Assembly: GCA_965112735.1 (NCBI GenBank)
Contig: OZ218952.1
Span: 186,001 to 250,000 of the forward strand
Direction: 5' to 3'
DNA: 64,000 bases
From: Phaeosaccion multiseriatum
Taxonomy: Eukaryota; Protista; Ochrophyta, other classes
In this document: positions 38,901 to 50,973 of the stretch, piece by piece
How positions within the stretch are numbered: position 1 is the stretch's first letter
Layout: the number at the start of each line of letters is the position of its first letter
The notes under the pieces: generated by a model
Database searches by the model: none
Told to the model about the DNA's origin: nothing
The model's input: the letters and a program-made list of their open reading frames with translations, nothing else
Program-made: the position numbers and the translations under genes

Positions 38901-41330
38901 AAGAGCCACCCCCTCATGCTCACTTCGGAGCCGCTCACTCTCCTCCTTGAGCTGCTTGCTCGCCTCCTCCACCACGTGGCTTCTCCACCGCAGCCACACC
39001 CTCTCCAGGGTGCACACAGAGTCCGCCCGACCACGCCGTAGGACCAATCTAGTGAGCACGGCGACTCCTGCGCCTTTCCTACGGAGCTCAGTGCGTTCCA
39101 TGCGTTGCTCTGCCTCAAGCATGCGAGCATCGTGCTCCTCTGCAGCCTCCGCCAGCACCGCCATGGAAGCTCTCTTGGCCTCTGCGAGGGCGAGCTGCAC
39201 AACAAGAGGAGGAGAGCGGGACGAAGGGAGGAAGGAAACAAGCCGGAAAACCAAGCCGGGCATGGCAACAGACAATTTTTCTCGCGTGAACAACCACCCG
39301 AGCTCTTCGTTTTGCTTTCTGTGCGCATAGCCCCCCCCCCCCCCACACACACACATACACGGTATTCATGTTGGCCACACGTGACACTCCGCCTTATCTC
39401 GACTCACCTCCCTCCGCTGCGCCTCCTGCTCCCTGTGCGAGGTGGCCCTCTCCCTCTTCACGAGGTCAGCCTCGACGCTCTCCAAGTCGCTCTCTCTCCG
39501 CCGCCCCTCCTCGAGGGCCTGGGCCAGTCTCCCAACCTCACCCTCTGCCGTCGCCAGTTTGCCCTGTAGGAGAGAGACCAGCTCCTCTCGTCGCCTTGCT
39601 TCCTCCTCCATGGACTGAAGACGCCGCTTGTCCTCCTCGTCATCCGCCGAACCGCGCCCCCTCGCCTTCTCCTCTAATTCTCCGCGGAGCCTCTCTAGCT
39701 GCTCCGCTTCCGCCTCTAAGCGCTGCAGAGAGGCTTCACAGCCGTCTCTCGACACGCGCAGGTCCCTCTCGGCCTCCCTGAGTCTCTCCTCCCGATCTGC
39801 CACCGCCCCCTCCGCGGCATCCACAGCCTCCTCCCGCTCCCTCACCAGTTGCTCCTTTTCCAGCAGAGCATCCTCCCTCCCTCGAATGATTTCCGTCACC
39901 ACTCGCACCTCTTCCTCCACCTTGGCCTGCTCCTCCCCCACCTTCGCCCACCCTTCCTCCACGCCCCTCTCACCGACCTCCACCTGCGCCTGTCTCCGTG
40001 CAAGCTCCTCCTCTCGATGCTCAGCTTGCTTCTTACGCGCAGCACGAAGCTCCGCCTCGTCCTCTTCCTCGAGGCCAGCATCACCCTCCCGCCCCTGTTT
40101 CTGCCCCAACGGCCTCCTCCCGGCTTCTCCTTGCCCCACGCCATTCTCCAACTGCTTACTTAGCTCTTCGCCCACTCTGACCGCTTGCGCCGCCAGCTCC
40201 TCATTCAAAGCCTCGAGTCTCTTTCGCTCCGCCTGAAGCCTGCCAATATGCTCCTGCTCGGCCCTGTCTGACTTCTGCTGCGGGCCAGTGCGGTGAGTGT
40301 GTCCTTCCTCTCCAGCCTCTTGCCGTTGAATCCGACCCATGAGCTGATGCCGGGCAGTGTCCTCAAACTCTCTAATTTGACTTTCCAGCCTAAGCTCCCG
40401 CTCTCTCAGACGCTCGTCTGCCGCCTCCCTCTGGCGCTCCTGCTCCTCCACCTCCAGCTCCCTTGCCCTGATGGCGCGTTCGCTCTCGCGCTGGCGCTGT
40501 GCCAGTGCTCGAAACATGCTCTGATGATCGCGGTGCAATTGGGCGAGAGGTCGAGGCAGCACGTACTCTTCCCCTTCGGCAGTCTCCTGCTGGAGGGAAG
40601 CAGTCGTCGCTGTCAGCTTGGCGACAGACGAGAAGGCCGAGCCTCTCTTGTGTCGGAGGCTCTTTTGCTGAACCTGAAGAAGCTGTAGCTTCTCCTCCAT
40701 CTTCTTCCCTGTGTGTGTGTGTGCGCGCGTTTGTGAGTGTATGTACGAAAGTGAAAACTCACTCCCTTTCTGTCGTGCCTCCCTCACATACTCACCCATC
40801 ATCACCCGCAGCTTCCTTCGCTGCACGACGAGGAGCTCTGTCCACATGACCACCTCCTCATCTTCCGGGGACACTACCTCACCGCCGGTAGCCAGCACTG
40901 GCAGAGGGAATGTGGAGAGAGCATCACTTGGACTCGTCTCTGTTCCCACATCACCCAGTGGAAAGACTTGGCTGGAGCGAAGCAGCCCCCCCAGAAAGTC
41001 CTCATCTTCACTGACACCCTCGTCTTCATGATCCTCCCGACCCCCGTTTTCCTGCCCATGACCGGCCACGCCCCCATTCGGTGCATTGCTCGCAGACAAG
41101 GTGTTGGTCCTCTCCTCCCGTAATGTTTCCACGGCAGCGGCAAGCTCGATAGCACAGTCCCTGCAGGTGGCAGTCGCTGTGGAAAGGAGTCGTCGAGTCG
41201 CATCCCCTTTCTTCTCCTCTTCGTCTCCATTGTCGTCATTCCCGTGCCGTTCTTTCGGCACTGGTGCCTCGCTCTCTTCAGCTCCTAAACTGTCCATGGC
41301 TTCCACTTTTGAAATTCCCTTTTCTTCCAT
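28112..41330 (-). CDS. Giant (~3,970-aa) Glu/Arg/Ala/Gln-rich coiled-coil protein, 7 exons
   Basis: Phase-consistent exons: 41330-40796, 40708-39408, 39194-38307 (or to 38286), 38135-34555, 34265-34141, 33854-33505 and 33238-28112. Heptad-like composition throughout most of the length. Confidence 0.8.
34303..34346. repeat. 24-bp tandem duplication within an intron
   Basis: CAATGCGAATGAGTGACCCC at 34303 and at 34327. Confidence 0.85.
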
Positions 41331-41668
41331 TGCCGGTCGCAGCAGCTGCCGCTCGTGGTGTAGTGTCCCTACAGCATCTCCATGATGGAGGTGAGGGTTA
41401 TAGCACACAGCAGTAGCAGTAGCAGTAGCCTGGCGATGAAAAGGAGAAAAAAAAGAAGAGAGATTTTGAAAAGTTTCAATTTCAGCTCTTTGGCCCGATA
41501 TTTCTATATCGAGTCCATCGATTTCGAGGAGGGGGGAAAGCCGCGAAGCCTAGCTTCTTCTTTTTTGCTCTCTCTCTCTCTTTCTCTCCTCGCCTCCTCG
41601 GATCCTCCTCTCCCCAAAGGATAGTAGCAGCAATAGAAGCAGTGGCAGCGACGGCAGTCACCAGCACC

Positions 41669-43206
41669 ATGGTCTCCACGCCGGAGGGCCTGAAGGGGGT
41701 GAAGGTCGGAGCGGCTGTGAAGAGCACAGAGGGATCGATTGTGTGTGTCCTTGCCTGCATTTGCGGATTGAGCTGCACGGATGACGGCAGCCTCTCGCTG
41801 AAGGACGCCGAAGGCAAAACGATTGTGGAGGACAAGGACAATCTAATGACGGGCTCGGTGCTCAAGTATCTGGCTCGTGGCCTAGGTGGCGACTGGCTGG
41901 GGAGTGGGGCGGAGGAGGAGGCGCAGGTGGAGGGGTGGCTATCGACGGCTCTGGGCAAGTCAGGCAGCGATGCGTCTGATCTCGAGAAGTTTATTCCCGG
42001 GCTGGATGAGCAGTTGACGCTTCGGAGCTTTTTGGCCGGCGCTCGGTTCACCCTGGCCGACTTTGTTCTCTACCTCGTGCTCGCCTCAAAGCTCGGCACG
42101 TCCGAGAATCTGGCCAAGCTCGCCGGGAGTGACAACTTCATTCGATGGTATGACCAGTGCCAGCACGATGTGCAGGTCCTGTCCGCGGCCTTTGAGTGCA
42201 CACATGGAGTGAAGCCCAGTGTCGTCCCTCTTGGTCTGCACAAGCCTCTGTTCTTACCTGCACCATCAGCACCACCAGTACCTTCGGCAGCGGCAGCAGC
42301 GGGGAAGTCAGAAGGGGGGAAGCAGGGGGGAGACGCCGGCGGGGGGAAGGGTAAGGGCGGGAAAGCCGGTGCAGCCACGACACCAGCACCAGCAGCCGCA
42401 GCAGCAGCAGTAGGAGGAGCAGCGGCAGTGGCAGCAGGAGCCAAGGCCGATGGGGGCAAGGAAGGGAAGAAGGCGAAGAAGGAGAAGAAGCCTGCCGCTC
42501 CGGCAGCAGCCCCAGCAGCAGGAGACGAAATCGATATCACCAAGCTCGACTTGCGAGTGGGAAAGATTGTCAAGATCTGGCCGCACGAGGAGCGAGAGAA
42601 GCTCTATTGTGAGAATATTGACCTTGGGGAAGGAGAAGGCAAGCTGCGCAACATTGCCAGCGGGCTGAGGGATTTCTACACCGAGGCGTCCTTGTTAGAG
42701 GGGAAGCTCGTGGTGGTTGTCTCCAACCTCAAGGGAAGGAATATGGCCGGCTTCAAGAGCGAGGGCATGGTCATGTGTGCAAGCAACGCTGACCACACCA
42801 AGGTGGCCATTGTTGAGCCCCCAGCGGGCGCCAAGCCGGGGGACAAAATCACATTCGCAGGGAAGGAGGGCGAGCCAGCGACGCCTGCTCAGGTAATGCA
42901 TTGCGCGCTCTTCCCGCATCCCGTTTTGCTTCCTTCGCCTCGCGTTCCTCTCCTCACCACCCCCCTCCCCTTCCCTTCCTCGCCCTGCTTGTTCCCACAC
43001 GGCTCTAACCCCCCGCCCTGCCCGCTTGGGCGCCATCAATGGTGTGCCACACTACACGTTAGGTGGAGAGGAAAAAGATGCTCGAGAAACTCTTCCCACT
43101 GCTGAAGACGGACGGCGACGGCGTCCCATGCTTTGATGGTATTAAGTTTGAAGTGAAGGACGTGGGGGCCTGCTCATCGCCCCTGCCTGGTGCTTCAGTG
43201 GCCTGA
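41669..43206 (+). CDS. Arc1p/AIMP1-like aminoacyl-tRNA synthetase cofactor (GST-like domain + EMAPII tRNA-binding OB fold); intron 42893-43062
   Basis: FLAGARFTLADFVLY..NFIRWYD (GST-C), a Lys/Ala linker, then LDLRVGKIV..KLYCENIDLGE..NLK..SEGMVMCAS. Confidence 0.9.
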
Positions 43207-43381
43207 GCAGCTTCCTCCCCCACTTCCCCAGTATGAATAAATACAGCAGCCGCACTTTAGGGGGGGTGAAACCGACTCTTATTCTCGCTTCTCGCTTTCC
43301 TATAGTGGGTATGTATGTACATCTCTGCCGTCCTCCTTTTACAGCTTCACAGCCGTCGAGGCATATTCCGTCTTTCCCCCA

Positions 43382-43870
43382 TCAACTACTACTGTCAAAC
43401 GAAGATAGACCTCGGATATACTCCTCTAGCTTGGCGTCGAAGGTGGGCGAATCAATAGGAGCCCCGCTTTTTGGGTCAAAGTTGACGTTCTTGCACACGT
43501 ACTCAAGGTAGAGCTCAGAGTAGATGTGGGACAGGTTTGGTCGCACATCGCCCGCCGCAATGCCCGTATTTAGGATGAAGCGCAGGCCGCTCCCCGTCTC
43601 CAAGTGGTGCAGACAGTAGGCGTCCGTCTTGAGCGTGTGCAAGCCTTGCGGGTCTAGATCGCTAGACATCTTCCCAATCAGCTCCTTGATACTGTACACC
43701 ATACCGAATACCAGCCGCTTTTTCTCCTCGTCCATGCTACTGTCCCCGTCGCCCTCTCCTCCGTTCTCCGCAGCGCTCTTATCACCACCGCCTCCTTTCT
43801 TCGGTATATTCCACTCTCGGTAGTATAGACACCGTCCTGACCTATTGAAGATATACAGGTTGTAGATCAT
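43382..43870 (-). CDS. TRAPPC1: Trafficking protein particle complex subunit 1 (Bet5), intronless
   Basis: MIYNLYIFNRSGRCLYYREW, LVFGMVYSIK, HHLETGSGLRFILNT and LYLEYVCKN (sybindin/longin family). Confidence 0.92.
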   Translation of the reverse strand: MIYNLYIFNRSGRCLYYREWNIPKKGGGGDKSAAENGGEGDGDSSMDEEKKRLVFGMVYSIKELIGKMSSDLDPQGLHTLKTDAYCLHHLETGSGLRFILNTGIAAGDVRPNLSHIYSELYLEYVCKNVNFDPKSGAPIDSPTFDAKLEEYIRGLSSFDSSS

Positions 43871-44134
43871 CGTGAGGCGAAGAGAGAAAAGTGAGAGAGA
43901 GGGGGGAGGGGAAAAGGGGAAGTATTCCCTTCCCGGGAGGAGAAGCTTTCTTGCTCGTTTCTATGATTGCAGGCGATGTTCTGAAATAAATGACAAGGTA
44001 AGGACCTTGCTCTGCTTATATTATATGAAGGGGGACAGGGCGAGAGAGAGAGAGAGAGATGTATAAATTGGAGATGATCCCAAACAAAAATAAGTCAGCG
44101 AATGTCGAGGTCGATTTATATGTATCTATATGCT

Positions 44135-47100
44135 CTATTCGGATCCTTGGACGGAGGCGCTCGTACGGCGCTTCTTCTTTGGAGGGGGGAAAGTGGAGCC
44201 GTACTCCAGCTGCGGCGTCTCCTCCTTGGGCGCATCAATGTCCTCGTACGATGTTATCTGCGAGTGCGGGGGAGGGAAGGGGGCGGGGTGGTGGTTGGGA
44301 AAACGGAAGTAGCCTGCCATCTCGCCCTCTCTTCGTTGCAGTCTCCAGGCCCAGGCGTAAAGGGAGACACGAGTGCTTGCCATCCTCCGCTCCGAATGCT
44401 CTGCAACGAGTAAATAAGAGTACCCTTACCTCTCTCGGGTCTTGAGCTGCCATCGGCTCGTCCCTGCGTCCTCTGTCTCTGTCGCCCCCACCCCTGCCGG
44501 ACCGCTCGTTCGCGATGCCCCTCCCCCCGAACCTGCCTCCTCCTCCTCGGCCGCCCATCATGCCCCCCCTGCCTCCGCGGAAGCCGAAGCCCATGCCCCG
44601 CCCGCCCATGAGCGACATCATCACCTCTGCCGTTTCAGAGCACACACAGAGAGAGTGAGAGATAAAGAGAGAGCCATGGGCGAGACAAAGAGACAAAGGC
44701 AGAAGAAGCAGTGAAGGATATATACAATAGGAGGTGTAAACCGATGGGAGTGCTTCCGTACGCCCTTCTTTTCACTTCTCTCCTCTTCTGCGACCGCCCG
44801 CTCTTCCATGTTGGCCACCCACTCATTCGCTCAATCACTCACTCACTCACCTGGCGGGGGAGGGAAAGGCATCATCATGCCCGGTGGAGGCATCCCGGGT
44901 GGGCCCATCCCAGGGGGCATTCCCATGGGGCCTCCCATGCCGGGCGGGGGGCCCATAAGACCGTGCATACCTGCTCCTCCCTGTTGCTCGGCGATGCTCT
45001 GCATCATGTTACTCGGCACGACAGGGAGGGGCTTGTGCTCGTCTGCGCTGTACCGCTTGCGCATAAAGGCCTCGCCCGCCTTGTCCACGACGCCGGCAAG
45101 CTCCTGCTTATGCTTGTTCTGCAAGTGCTTGCGAACGAAGCGCTCCCCTTCAAACAGCTTGGCGCATATTCTGCATCGTGCGTGACCAGCCTGTGTGCAC
45201 AGTACAGGAACCCAGCACACCACAGCCAGTCGTCAGCGCCGCCACAGTCAGAGCCATAGTCGGCCGGAGAGAGAGACAAAGAGAGATAAGAGTAGCACAG
45301 AGGATTGGTGGCTAGAACGAGAGATGCCGATAACACGTATTCTCACCTCGTCGGCGTTGAGCTCGCAGTTCTCCGTGAGCCATTCCTCCTTGTCTGCGTC
45401 CTCCTTCTGCGCCAGCTGCTCGGCCTCATTCAGCAGCGCCTCCTCCCTCTCAATAGCCCCGTCCCCGACCAGAGACTCCAGCGTCTTTTTCACTCCCTGG
45501 TCCACGCGCTCGGCCGCAGGCAGCAGCGTCTTGTGCTTGGATGAGGTGGATATAATGTGCGAGGCCCCTGCTGCCTTCGAGTGGCCGTTCCTGTCCTCGT
45601 CTCCATTTTCCTCCTCCATTGCCACCTCCTCCGTCTCTCCGTCGTTCTCCAATTGCTCGAGGCTGTGCACGAATTAAGTTTGGGGCCAAGCAGACAAAGA
45701 GCAGAACCACAAAGGAAGGCAAATCCCACCCCCAATTTGTCCAAGGGGAAATAAAGGTCCGACGAAAAGTGAGACGAATATGACACTACTCTAAACGCGG
45801 CGTAGCGAGCGCCTCATTCTTGAGAGTGGAAATGACACAGCCGCCCCCCCCCCCCTCACAGGATTGCTTCTCTGCCCCCCTCTTCTTCCTCCACACACTC
45901 TGCCCCTCTGCCCCTCTGCCCCTTCCCGTCCCCATACCTCTCCAGGCTCGGCGACGGCAGCTGGCGCCTGTACACGGCGTTCTTGAGAGACAACAAGTCC
46001 CCCTCGTCCTCACAGCGCTTGCCGGCGTAGTAGATGAAGAAGTGCACCCTCCGGAGGTAGGCCACGATGAGGTCGAGTTTGGCTGTTGCGCGTGTCTGGG
46101 CCGCCAGAGCCTCCTGTAAGGCAGGACAGGGCGGGAAGGGTATGGGTAAGTGCGAGGATTGGCTACTCCAGGGGGTGCAGAGCGTGGACCATGGTGGAAG
46201 AAGTTGAAGAAGTTGCTCCTTCAAAGACCCTAGGCGGCCAGGCCTGTCTTCTTTCTTCTCCCCATTGCCGTCTCTCTCTCTCTCTCCCGCACACACACGC
46301 ACATGCCCCTCTCCCTCACCTGCACAGCCTCTTGCCCCAGGACGGCTTCGATGCCATGCCCCTCCTGCGCCAAACCCGCGTGCTCGTCCATCGCCACCGC
46401 GAGTTTCAGGGCCTGCTCCACATCCTTCTTGATGCGCTTGACATCCGACATGTCCGGGGTGAGAGATACAAAGCCTCTGGGTCTGTGGTTGAAGGTCTGC
46501 AGCTCAAACATCTTTGTAGTCGGTCCTGCTACCACGGCTCCGGCCTTGCTATTGGCTTGGCCTCCCTTCCCCCCTGCCCCTCCGCCGCGAACCCCTGTAG
46601 TGGATGTCAAACACATCAAGGGGGGGGGGGGGGAAGTGTACGTGCGTATGTTTGTAGAGGCAGAAGGAGTGAGGTAGTAAAACCAAAAGGAACTGCACAC
46701 TGAGAAAGTCCGCGGGGCATCTACTGACATCCCCGTCTCTCCTCTACCATCCCCTGCCATCCCTTGTCTCTCCTATACCTGCTGAGTCGGGCACCTCGAT
46801 AGAGATTCGCATGCGGTGCAGTCGCCGGGTGGCAGTGCGGGCCTCCTCCTCGCTGCTCAGATCAAGAGAGTAGGGGGCAAGGAGCACGGAGCCGCAGAGG
46901 GTTTGAGGGGCGTACACAGGCGCCCACCCACAGACGAGGGGGAGAAGGGAGAGGGGGTGGAGAATGGAGGCTGACCAATCTCACGCATCGATCCCCCCCC
47001 CCCTCTCACTCTGCCAGATCGGAAACCATCTTCCCTTACCCTTCCACTCCCCCTTCCCTGTCCCTTGCTCCACCCTCGCTCCCTGTCCCTTCTCACGTCT

Positions 47101-48804
47101 CTCTCTCTCTCTCACCTTGGAAAGATGATCCAGGCGCTGCGCTGGTAGTCGCTGTTGACATTCCTGGCCGCATCACTGAGCAGCATCCGATCAAAGTCCC
47201 CGGCCTCCTGCTTGATTTCCTTCTCCACAGTGGCCCGTGGTACCCAGGCGGGAATCCTCCGAATAAAGACCGCCCGATTCTCATGCCCAGCGAAGGCCTT
47301 GGCATCCAGCTTGTCCCCCTTCTCGTCTATTATGTCCACCTTTGATGCCTTGCTAGCCTCAACCTCCCCCTCTGCTACCGCACCCCCGCCTGCATGGCCG
47401 GCCTTATCCTCGTCGTCACCCCCTCCCTCATGTCCATCACCCTCGTCGTGCTCGTCGTCCTCAGCCTTGTCGTCATCATCAGCGTGTCCATCGCTGCCGC
47501 CAGATCTCCGCTTCTTGCCCCGCTTCTTGCCCCCGTTGCCCTGCTCCCCCCCGCCGCTACTGCTCCACACTGAAACGCCATCCGCGCTGTCTGGCTCTAG
47601 CGAAGCGCTCTCTATAAAGGCCACGGCGTTGTTGCCTGTGCTCTGGCTCTCGTTGGCCTCGCAGCACTGAGCGAGGAAGTTGGCTGCCTCGGTCTTGGCC
47701 CACCGACGTCTCTCCTCCCTTTTGGCGAGCACGAGCTTGGGCGAATAGCGCTCTCGGAACCACTCCTTGTCACCGTGCTCTGCAAAGAAGGCGTCTTCCA
47801 GCTTGCCCGAGAAGGAGGCCTTGTACTCCTCATACCTGGGGGGGGGAGAGAGGTCGGGGGGGGGGGGTTAAGTTATGCGAAAGCCTCTCCACACTACAAA
47901 TGCTCTTCTAAGATTGTCTCTCATCCCCAGAGGACAAGCAAACAACACTGGAGAGAGAGAAAGGCCTACACGATTACCTGCGCTGAATATCCTCCGGGTC
48001 CGCGTCGTCCCCCTGCTTCTGCACGAAGGCCTTGTAGCTCATGAGAGGCTCCATGTTGTACGACTGACCGAAGCTTGTCTGCTGCGCCAGCCGAGGAGCC
48101 CCGCCCATCATGGGCCCTCCCATCATACCCATTGGCATACCCATGGGGCCACCCATGCCCATGGGAGGGAAAGGCATGCCCATCATTCCTCCCCCACCGC
48201 CTCTTCCTCTCTGCCCACCTCGATGGCTCCCCCCTCTACCTCCCCCCCCATATCTGCCACCATCCCGATCCCTGTCCCTAGTGTCGTAGTCTCGCCTGCT
48301 CCCCCCCCCCACCCTCCGGCCGCTATCATCGAATGACTCTCTTCGAGACGGCCTGTTGCTGTGTGAGAAGGACTCGTCACCCCCATAGTCTCTTCCCCCG
48401 CCACGCCCTCGGTCTCTACTTCTGCTCCGGCTCCTCCTGCTGCCCCTCCTCCTCTCCAAGCTCCGGCTCCGGCTGCGATGGCTGCGCGAGTCCCTTCCCC
48501 TCCCCCCTCCCCTCATTTCGTCGTCACTGTCCAGATCCTCCTCCCCTCCTCGCCCTCGCCTGCCCCGCCTCGACCCTTCCCGGCCCTCGCTGCTGCCAGC
48601 TGTGGCCTCGTGCATCTGTTGGATTTCTGGATCTTTCCCATCTCCAGCCGCTGCTGCCCCTGTGGCTGCTTCTTCTCCCCCTTTCGAGGCGCCTTCTCCG
48701 CCTCCATCCAATATAGACGCCGGAAGGTCGTACCCGGGAAAGGCTGGCGCCTCATCCTCTGCCGCGCCGCCCTCAACTAATGCTGCTGCTCCACCCCCGT
48801 CCAT
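44135..48804 (-). CDS. SRRT: SERRATE/ARS2 RNA effector (multi-exon)
   Basis: RS/RGG-rich N-terminus, MSYKAF..YEEYK..EWFRERYSP, LDLIVAYLRRVH, C2H2 CRICAKLF..FVRKHLQNKH and C-terminal DPR..SYEDIDAP. Confidence 0.92.
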
Positions 48805-49053
48805 GGCCTCGATCCTCCTCAGACAATCTTCACAAGAAAGAGCTTCGAGCTGCAGTTCCCTCCCCTTGCACCACCCCACACTGGCCCCTTTATTGCTGTT
48901 GCCCCTTCCTGCTGTAGGGCATATCCTTGGGAATGATGGGGGGAGAGGAGAGATAAAAGGTAAAAAAAAGATGGAGGCCTCCCGGAGGCCTCCAGGCTGG
49001 AAAGAGAGTGTCACAACAGCAAAGAAGAGGGGAAGAAAGAAAAAGGAAGAATC

Positions 49054-50729
49054 ATGCGAGCGGCGATCAGCCTCGTTCTCTTGGCAGTCGTGGTCGCCCT
49101 CGGCTGCAGTAGCACCAATGCATTCATGGCACCCGGAGGTACGATGTGATGCAGCGAATACACATACACACGAACTGGAGCAGGGACATCTCACGTAGCT
49201 AATTGATGCCTTCCCGTGCCCCCCCCCCTCTTCTCCTCTCTCCCACGCACAGGATTCAAGGCTGGCGGTAAGTGGAGGGAAGTTCGCACTCTTCCCCCCC
49301 TTTTTCTGTGTAGTAATCCTTCTCTCTCCATCCCACCCCCCCTCTTGTTCTCACCAGCCCTGAAGTCTACTCGCACCGCACCCCGATCAACGCGGTCGAC
49401 CACGAAAATGATGATGGACCCTTTCTCCGCAACCATCGCTGCCCACGTGTTCGGAATGGGACTCCATAGTAAGTGTTTGGACCAAGGCATCTCAACGTTG
49501 AGGATGGACCCCTTGGTGGGCAACCTCAGGGCAAGCCCCAGTCCCTTGCAACAAGGCTGAACGACAATTGATGAGGCTTTCGCTTCGAGGCAGGCCCCTT
49601 GGAGAGTTGTCTCTGCGCGTCCAGCGCCGGAATAACACCACCGCCCCTTGCCTCAGCGAAAATGCCCCCCCCCCCCCCCCTCCCCCCTCTCTTTTGTGTG
49701 TTTGCTATCCTCTTTGTCCTTCCCCCGCCGCCTCCTCTGCAGCTAATTTCAACCCCGAGCACCTCATCTCCTCCAACAACCTGCCCACCACCACACTCGT
49801 CGCCAAGACGGAGACCCGTGAGGGACTGTACGGAGAGTACACAGTTGACGTGAAGGACCAAGATGTGAGTGGGGGGGGGGGGAGAAGAGCAGAAAGAGAG
49901 AGACATAGAGAGAGGGAGAACTATAGAGGGGAGGAGGGTGGGTAGATAGGGGAAAGAAAAGGTGACTACGACTGAAACTCCCAGGGGCCAAAAAGGGAAG
50001 GGCCGGACAAGAAGGGGGTGAGGCACCCAAAGCACCAACCAGCGCCGGCGGGGGTCGGAAGAGAGGGAGGGCAGACAGTGGGACAGTAGCCTGGGCGAGA
50101 CAGGAGGATGGAGCTTCGCTGTCAATGCATTGGGGCGGGCGCTCTTGCCCTGTGCTCTCGAGAGAGTGGATGTTGCCTTTTGTGCTCCGCCCCCCTTACT
50201 TGGGAAACCGTCTTCCCCTTCCACAAACCCCCGCCATTCCTTCATCTCTCCTCCCCTTCTCACACATTCGCATACGGCGGGTCCTCCTGTTCCTGCCCCT
50301 TGTGCTGCTTGGGTTTGTCTTGTCTTGTTTGTGCTTCTCTTCCCTCCGGATGTACCAATGCACCGCCAGGTGGATGCAGCGGCATCGACTTTCAAGAGCA
50401 AGGAGGCCACCGCCAAGGGCAAGAACAAGTACAGCTCCGTACTGGGCATCCTGCTGGTGGGATCTTTCGTCATCCCCATGGCACAGGTCAGTCAGTCACT
50501 CAGTCCTTTTCACCGATCAATGGCTCCAGACGCCAACCACACTTGGGAGGGGAGGGAGAGAGAGTCTACTGGTCGTCTTGTTCCTTGCCCCTTCTGCACT
50601 GCTGCCGCTCACGTGTCTACGAACCACCCCTCCTTGCCCTGCCTACCGCTTCGGTCCTTCTTGACACACTCACTTTCACTCGGGCTTCAGTACTGGTGGT
50701 ACATCAAGGAGGAGGAGCCCGACTACTAA
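49054..50729 (+). CDS. 162-aa plastid-targeted protein with one C-terminal TM helix; 6 exons
   Basis: Exons 49054-49138, 49253-49267, 49358-49468, 49743-49864, 50370-50486 and 50691-50729 are all phase-consistent. Signal peptide ends TNA|F and is followed by a Ser/Thr/Arg-rich transit peptide. TM segment VLGILLVGSFVIPMAQYWWY. Confidence 0.8.
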
Positions 50730-50973
50730 GCTGGAGTGGCAACCTGCAGGCCGGCACATACGCGGCCATCCCTTTACATATATATAGAGCCAGCAATTAA
50801 TATAGACATTTATCTTTCAAAGTAAGTAAAGCAAACGAAGGAAAGGAAGAGACGCAATGGTCCATCAAGGTCAATGGTTTTGTGAGTTTCAGTTTCCTGT
50901 GAGCTGTCACCCGCCCCACCAGAGAGAGAGAGAGAGAGAAAAAAAAAGAAAAGAGAGATTATTACCGGCATCA

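Noticed and set aside
28170-40236. Long plus-strand ORFs antisense to the giant coiled-coil gene
   Set aside because: Ser/Cys/Arg-rich shadow frames caused by GAG/CAG/GCG codon bias. No independent coding signal.
661-40795. Several stop-free introns of length 3n (661-801, 2761-2841, 12211-12306, 14811-14903, 19255-19401, 40709-40795)
   Set aside because: With dozens of short introns and high GC content, this number is plausibly expected by chance. Not evidence of a special mechanism without genome-wide statistics.
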